A stretch of 64,000 nucleotides of DNA from Leptospiraceae bacterium (GTDB taxonomy: Bacteria > Spirochaetota > Leptospiria > Leptospirales > Leptonemataceae). The stretch covers positions 102,690 through 166,689 of the forward strand of contig JAVJNR010000001.1 in NCBI GenBank assembly GCA_040217195.1. Reading direction: 5' to 3'. The translations under genes and the position numbers were made by a program. The notes under the pieces are model-generated. The model had not been told where the DNA came from. It worked only from the letters and a program-made list of their open reading frames with translations, and did not search any database. Positions 59,944 through 64,000 of the stretch are shown here, piece by piece. The stretch's first letter is position 1. Each line of letters opens with the position of its first letter.

Positions 59944-60945
59944 ATGAATATCTATGTAAACGATCAAAAGCTGGATGCATCTTTAAATGAAGAGAAGACC
60001 CTTCGCGATGTGTATGATGCTGTGGATCAATGGACTCGTAATCAAAATCATTATATCATGAATCTTCTGGTGGATAACCAAGAGGTGGCCCCTTCCAGAC
60101 TGGAATCCATGGATCTTAAATCCGTGGAAAGAATGGATTTCACGGTGGCCGATCATGACCATTTCATTGTTGAGGCGGCCCATGAACTGGATCGCTACCT
60201 GGATCAGGTTGGGTCCTTTCTATTTCAAAAGGAATATCTAACAGCCCAGCAAATGCAGGATCTTAGAGAAGGGTATCAGTGGATCGATCAGGCCGTGGAA
60301 AGTCTGGCCGGTTTACTCAATCTGGATCTTGAGAATCTAGTGGTTCCATTGCCGGAAGGACAGGTATCAGCGCCCATCGCTCATACAATGAATGCACTTC
60401 GACTCAGTATGGATAGTCTGGCGGTTTCGGTGGAGCAGGGCAAGGATCAAAAGGAAGAACTGGAAACCGTATTATTGCATATGCGACCCATCAAGTCCAT
60501 GTCTATGAGACTGGCGTTACAACTGGCGGCTCAGAGCGCCGGGATGGAAGAGCTGGCCGAGGCTCTGGAGCAATTCGAAAGTAAATTGCCCCAGTTCAAA
60601 GAAGAAATCGTATCCATAAACGAGGATTTTCAATCCGGCCGGGAAGCACAGGCATTGGAGAATCTGGATTCTGTGGTCGAAAAGCTGCAGGGATTCATGT
60701 CCTGCCTGTTTGCACTGGAAGCTCGATGCAAGAACGCTGGAATGGAAGAGGCTCAGTCCGGCGATCTGACTTTCTCGCAGGCTGCTGCAGATCTTATGGA
60801 ACTTCTTCGTGATCTATCTTCGGCTCTGGAAGAGAATGATATTACCGCTGCCGGCGACATTCTGGAGTATGAACTTACCGAAAAACTGGATATCATCCGC
60901 CCCTTTCCAGAGGTTCTTCGAAATTTCGTTGTTGCCAGTAAATAG
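59944..60945 (+). CDS. Hypothetical acidic helical protein
   Basis: 333 aa, GGAGG RBS, C-terminal GDILEYEL. Confidence 0.75.
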   Translation: MNIYVNDQKLDASLNEEKTLRDVYDAVDQWTRNQNHYIMNLLVDNQEVAPSRLESMDLKSVERMDFTVADHDHFIVEAAHELDRYLDQVGSFLFQKEYLTAQQMQDLREGYQWIDQAVESLAGLLNLDLENLVVPLPEGQVSAPIAHTMNALRLSMDSLAVSVEQGKDQKEELETVLLHMRPIKSMSMRLALQLAAQSAGMEELAEALEQFESKLPQFKEEIVSINEDFQSGREAQALENLDSVVEKLQGFMSCLFALEARCKNAGMEEAQSGDLTFSQAAADLMELLRDLSSALEENDITAAGDILEYELTEKLDIIRPFPEVLRNFVVASK

Positions 60946-60966
60946 CCAGAGCAGGCCTGTCTCATT

Positions 60967-62223
60967 GTGACCCGAGTCAGGCCGCTTGAAATCATCCGTT
61001 TTTTTTATTCCTCCTCATTGGATCACATCCCTCTAGTCCGTGACCTGGACGGTCAGCTGGAGGGATATCTTTCCAGGGATCTACTCAATCGAGAATTATC
61101 GGATCTGCAACGAGCTCAGTCCGAATTTGATTCCGTACCGGAATCGTGGGTGCAAAAGGATATAGGTCGCGAGGATCTACTGCGTCTGTCTTCTCAGTGT
61201 CCGGTGCCCGTTATTAATCGCGCCGGTCAGAAGAAAACCGAATGGCAGGATACCGAGCTACTTCGCCATGCTTCGGAGCTCAAGGAGCGCAGAGCCCAGG
61301 AAGCGGCGGCTCAATCGGAAGATCAATTAATCAATGCAGAACCTGAATCCAGCGATCAATGGTTTGCCAGACTGGTACTGGCCGCCATTCCACATCCTAT
61401 TTTGGCCACTGATCTAAACGGACATGCACTGTTTTATAACGAAGGCTTTCAGCAAAGGGTGCTTCAAAGAGATTTCTTCCATAAGAACCTGGCCCTGGCT
61501 GAATCCTACTTCCTTGAATTAACCCGCGGCCTGCTTGCAAGAGTGTATAGCGAGGGGCCCCATCCCACAGATCTATTATTTGCTTCCATTCCCGAATTGA
61601 GTATAAGCGTTGAGATCACCACCATACACAGGGAGCAGCAAATCTCCGGGTACCTGTACATTTTCCAGGATCCTGAACTATCGGGCATTCCTCATGAAGT
61701 GCTCAGTCGCCTGGAAAGAGGTATGAGTCTGGACGATATCATGGAAGAACTGGAAGCCGGGATTATTGCAAGTATGCTTCGTCGAAACGGTCAGAACGTT
61801 TCCCATGCCGCTCAGGCCTTGAGAATCAATCGTTCTACTTTGCAAAACAAAATAAAGCGATTAAAGGTAAATGAACGATTCGCGCGAACAGTGGATGGAC
61901 CGGTTCGCAGAGTAAGAAACTCTAAGCCAGATGAGGATGGGCAACCGAATTCGGACAGTGCAGCCGATGAACAAAAGAAAGCGAGACCGGGTACCGTTGT
62001 AAGAAATACTGAAAGCGAAACGATTAAACCGGCCCGCAAGAAATCATCCATAAAGAAGTCCAAAAATTCCACTAAGCCCGGGGCCAAATCCAGCCCCGCG
62101 AAGAACTCTAAAAAAGGTTCCACCGGCACTATATCCAGAAAGAAAGGAAGCTCCAAAAGTGTACCGGGGAAAGGCATTACTTCTGGAAAGAAGGCCACAA
62201 AAAAGAAGCAAAGCAAATCCTGA
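60967..62223 (+). CDS. Fis-type HTH regulator with PAS-like segment and Lys-rich C-terminal tail
   Basis: PILATDLNG..LFYN (PAS-like); GQNVSHAAQALRINRSTLQNKIKR (Fis HTH). Confidence 0.78.
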   Translation: MTRVRPLEIIRFFYSSSLDHIPLVRDLDGQLEGYLSRDLLNRELSDLQRAQSEFDSVPESWVQKDIGREDLLRLSSQCPVPVINRAGQKKTEWQDTELLRHASELKERRAQEAAAQSEDQLINAEPESSDQWFARLVLAAIPHPILATDLNGHALFYNEGFQQRVLQRDFFHKNLALAESYFLELTRGLLARVYSEGPHPTDLLFASIPELSISVEITTIHREQQISGYLYIFQDPELSGIPHEVLSRLERGMSLDDIMEELEAGIIASMLRRNGQNVSHAAQALRINRSTLQNKIKRLKVNERFARTVDGPVRRVRNSKPDEDGQPNSDSAADEQKKARPGTVVRNTESETIKPARKKSSIKKSKNSTKPGAKSSPAKNSKKGSTGTISRKKGSSKSVPGKGITSGKKATKKKQSKS

Positions 62224-62319
62224 ATCACTTTCGCCCCCTGAACTTGCCTGTTAGATGAAAAAAAGCTGACACATAGAAGGCATCGAAATAAGTTCCGGTC
62301 ATAAATAGAGGGGGATTCA

Positions 62320-63537
62320 ATGAAGAGTAAATTGCCGATGATTGTGATCGGAGCTGTTGTACTGGTTCTGATTCTGGTCACCGTATACCTGCTAACATCA
62401 GACAGTACCGGGCAGGGACCAACCGGGGATGAGGAAATCACCTCGGCTCCTTTTGACCCAACCATAGAACCGATGGGTGAAAACGGAGAATTTGTAGCAG
62501 TGGATGAAGATCCCATTGCCAAGTTGGAACGATATAAGAAGTGGGCCCAATACCCACCGTATTCGCGTCCGCTTTACGAATGGCAGGAAGACCTGACCAA
62601 TCCATTCGATTTTAAACTTCCTCCTACCGGCGTCATAAGTCAGCCTGCAGAAGGATGCGAGATGACCAAAGAGGGAGTGCCTGACTGTGAAAAGCCGGCT
62701 CAATTCGCATCGGAAAAATGCGAAATGTGGGCGGAGCAGTCCATATCTGTGGGGACCGGAGATTTTCATGTCTATCTTCAATGTCAGGATGAGCAGGGCA
62801 AAGCTGTAAAAATAGAAGACATAGAACCAAGGGTATACCGGAAACTGCACCGAAAGACATACGGTACATTGCCGCCTGTGGCTTTTGGAGATGATGGCGA
62901 AAACGGCGACGAAAAAGCCAACGATGGAATCTATACCTTTTTGGTTCGTCCCACGGCCCAGGACTGGGGAGATGTTTTTCTGGAAGCAAACATGACTGTT
63001 AACGGAAACAAACACAACCAGCGTGCTGGTTGGTTCTCCACACCTCATACTGTTGCCAAATTCGGTACCAACATTAATGACTCTCTGGACAACGGAGATT
63101 TGTCTGTTCGAATTCCAATCACTGTGAATAAGTCCGGCTATTATCAGCTGGATGCGAACCTGCAGGAAAAGGAAGGAAAGCAAAGATTTGTGGCTACCAG
63201 TAGCTGGCAGGGACAATTAGAGAAGGGCAACCACACAATTGAGCTGGAATTCTTTGGTAAGATCATAAAGGATCGTGCGATTGATGGTCCCTATATTGTT
63301 CGAGATATTCGTGCTCGAAGAAATAACTCTCCTGTAACACCCGATATGGTGGAAAGATCTATGAAAACAGGCGAAGAGATTTCCGGTACTCACACCGAGC
63401 CGCTCTGGGAATATGTAGATCCGGCTCCCAGGCATGAGACCTCAAGCTACAGAGCTTCTGAATTCTCAGGCCAGGAATGGCAGTCCGAAGAAAAGGATAA
63501 CAGGATCGAATTTCTGGAAAAACTGGCAAACGAATAG
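62320..63537 (+). CDS. Membrane-anchored exported protein with Ca-binding-like DDG..GD..A.DGIY (choice-of-anchor X-like) motif
   Basis: N-terminal TM; FGDDGENGDEKANDGIYT; GAGGGG RBS. Confidence 0.7.
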   Translation: MKSKLPMIVIGAVVLVLILVTVYLLTSDSTGQGPTGDEEITSAPFDPTIEPMGENGEFVAVDEDPIAKLERYKKWAQYPPYSRPLYEWQEDLTNPFDFKLPPTGVISQPAEGCEMTKEGVPDCEKPAQFASEKCEMWAEQSISVGTGDFHVYLQCQDEQGKAVKIEDIEPRVYRKLHRKTYGTLPPVAFGDDGENGDEKANDGIYTFLVRPTAQDWGDVFLEANMTVNGNKHNQRAGWFSTPHTVAKFGTNINDSLDNGDLSVRIPITVNKSGYYQLDANLQEKEGKQRFVATSSWQGQLEKGNHTIELEFFGKIIKDRAIDGPYIVRDIRARRNNSPVTPDMVERSMKTGEEISGTHTEPLWEYVDPAPRHETSSYRASEFSGQEWQSEEKDNRIEFLEKLANE

Positions 63538-63583
63538 TCCAATCATCAGGTCGATGCAAAACTAATTGTATTCGGCGAAAGTT

Positions 63584-63613
63584 AAGGCCGTCTCCTGGAG
63601 GCGGCCTTTTTTT
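63584..63613 (+). terminator. Intrinsic terminator
   Basis: AAGGCCGTCTC-CTG-GAGGCGGCCTT followed by TTTTT. Confidence 0.85.
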
Positions 63614-63879
63614 ATTCAGTAGTCCAGTATAGTAATCCAATTGCATTAGCAAGGATACCTTTTCCGGTGCGCCGAACTGAAATGCGAAAGCAGGAAGTTC
63701 ATATAAATTTTGGCTGCGCGAACGGCTTGCCTCTAATTTCTGATAGACATCCGAATCTCCAGGGGCCATTCTATTATTGGAGCAGTGTAGAACTGCTCTG
63801 CGAACTCCTCCGGGAGTTCGGTACCGACATGGTCGGTAAATATACAAAGAATTCCCGCACAGGGAAGAGGAGTGTTTGA

Positions 63880-64000
63880 ATGCGCAAACTCGCGTTAATG
63901 GCTGTGTTGCTATTCGTAGCATCACAAGGACTTTCAGCGGCAACCTACAAGTTGTTCGTTCATGGTCGTTCAGGAGATAACCACTGTCGTTCTCTAACGA
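63880..64000 (+). CDS. 5' end of a secreted protein, possibly an alpha/beta hydrolase (runs off window; absent from the ORF track)
   Basis: GAGGAG RBS; MRKLALMAVLLFVASQGLSA-ATYKLFVHGRSGDNHC; signal peptide plus FVHG oxyanion-type motif. Confidence 0.7.
   Translation, partial: MRKLALMAVLLFVASQGLSAATYKLFVHGRSGDNHCRSLT

Noticed and set aside
63660..63720. c-di-GMP-I riboswitch suggested by a GCGAAAGC tetraloop
   Set aside because: The GGCAAAC / GACGCAAAGC core elements are missing
1..64000. Prophage, integron, IS element, reverse transcriptase or known defence system
   Set aside because: No integrase, transposase, RT (YxDD context), nuclease or phage structural motifs recognised in any ORF

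Overview
A gene-dense bacterial chromosomal window, most likely from a member of the Leptospiraceae. That assignment is inferred from the spirochaete coiled-coil protein, the Leptospira-type Lgt and QueD, fliD, and several 7TM-DISM/SpoIIE receptors. Most genes are housekeeping or metabolic: czcA-like RND, queD, recX, rsgA, glpK, LpxL-like acyltransferase, purT, ychF, ndk, ispA, tlyA, NAD-GDH, lgt, pepP, folC, aroE and fliD. Many others are signalling genes. I found no rRNA, tRNA, CRISPR array, integrase or transposase. The most unusual element is a 1-kb non-coding gap (12364-13363) holding about 3.1 tandem copies of a 129-130-bp unit built from five hairpins. Their loops read UCCU/CCUCCUCC on the + strand and AGGA/GGAGGA on the - strand, and the array is bracketed by a 15-bp direct repeat. 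It lies between a translationally coupled rsgA/two His-less 7TM pseudo-kinase operon and a citrate-synthase paralogue that lacks a catalytic histidine. Several other signalling proteins in the window also look catalytically degenerate. All family assignments come from motif recognition by eye; no database search was run.
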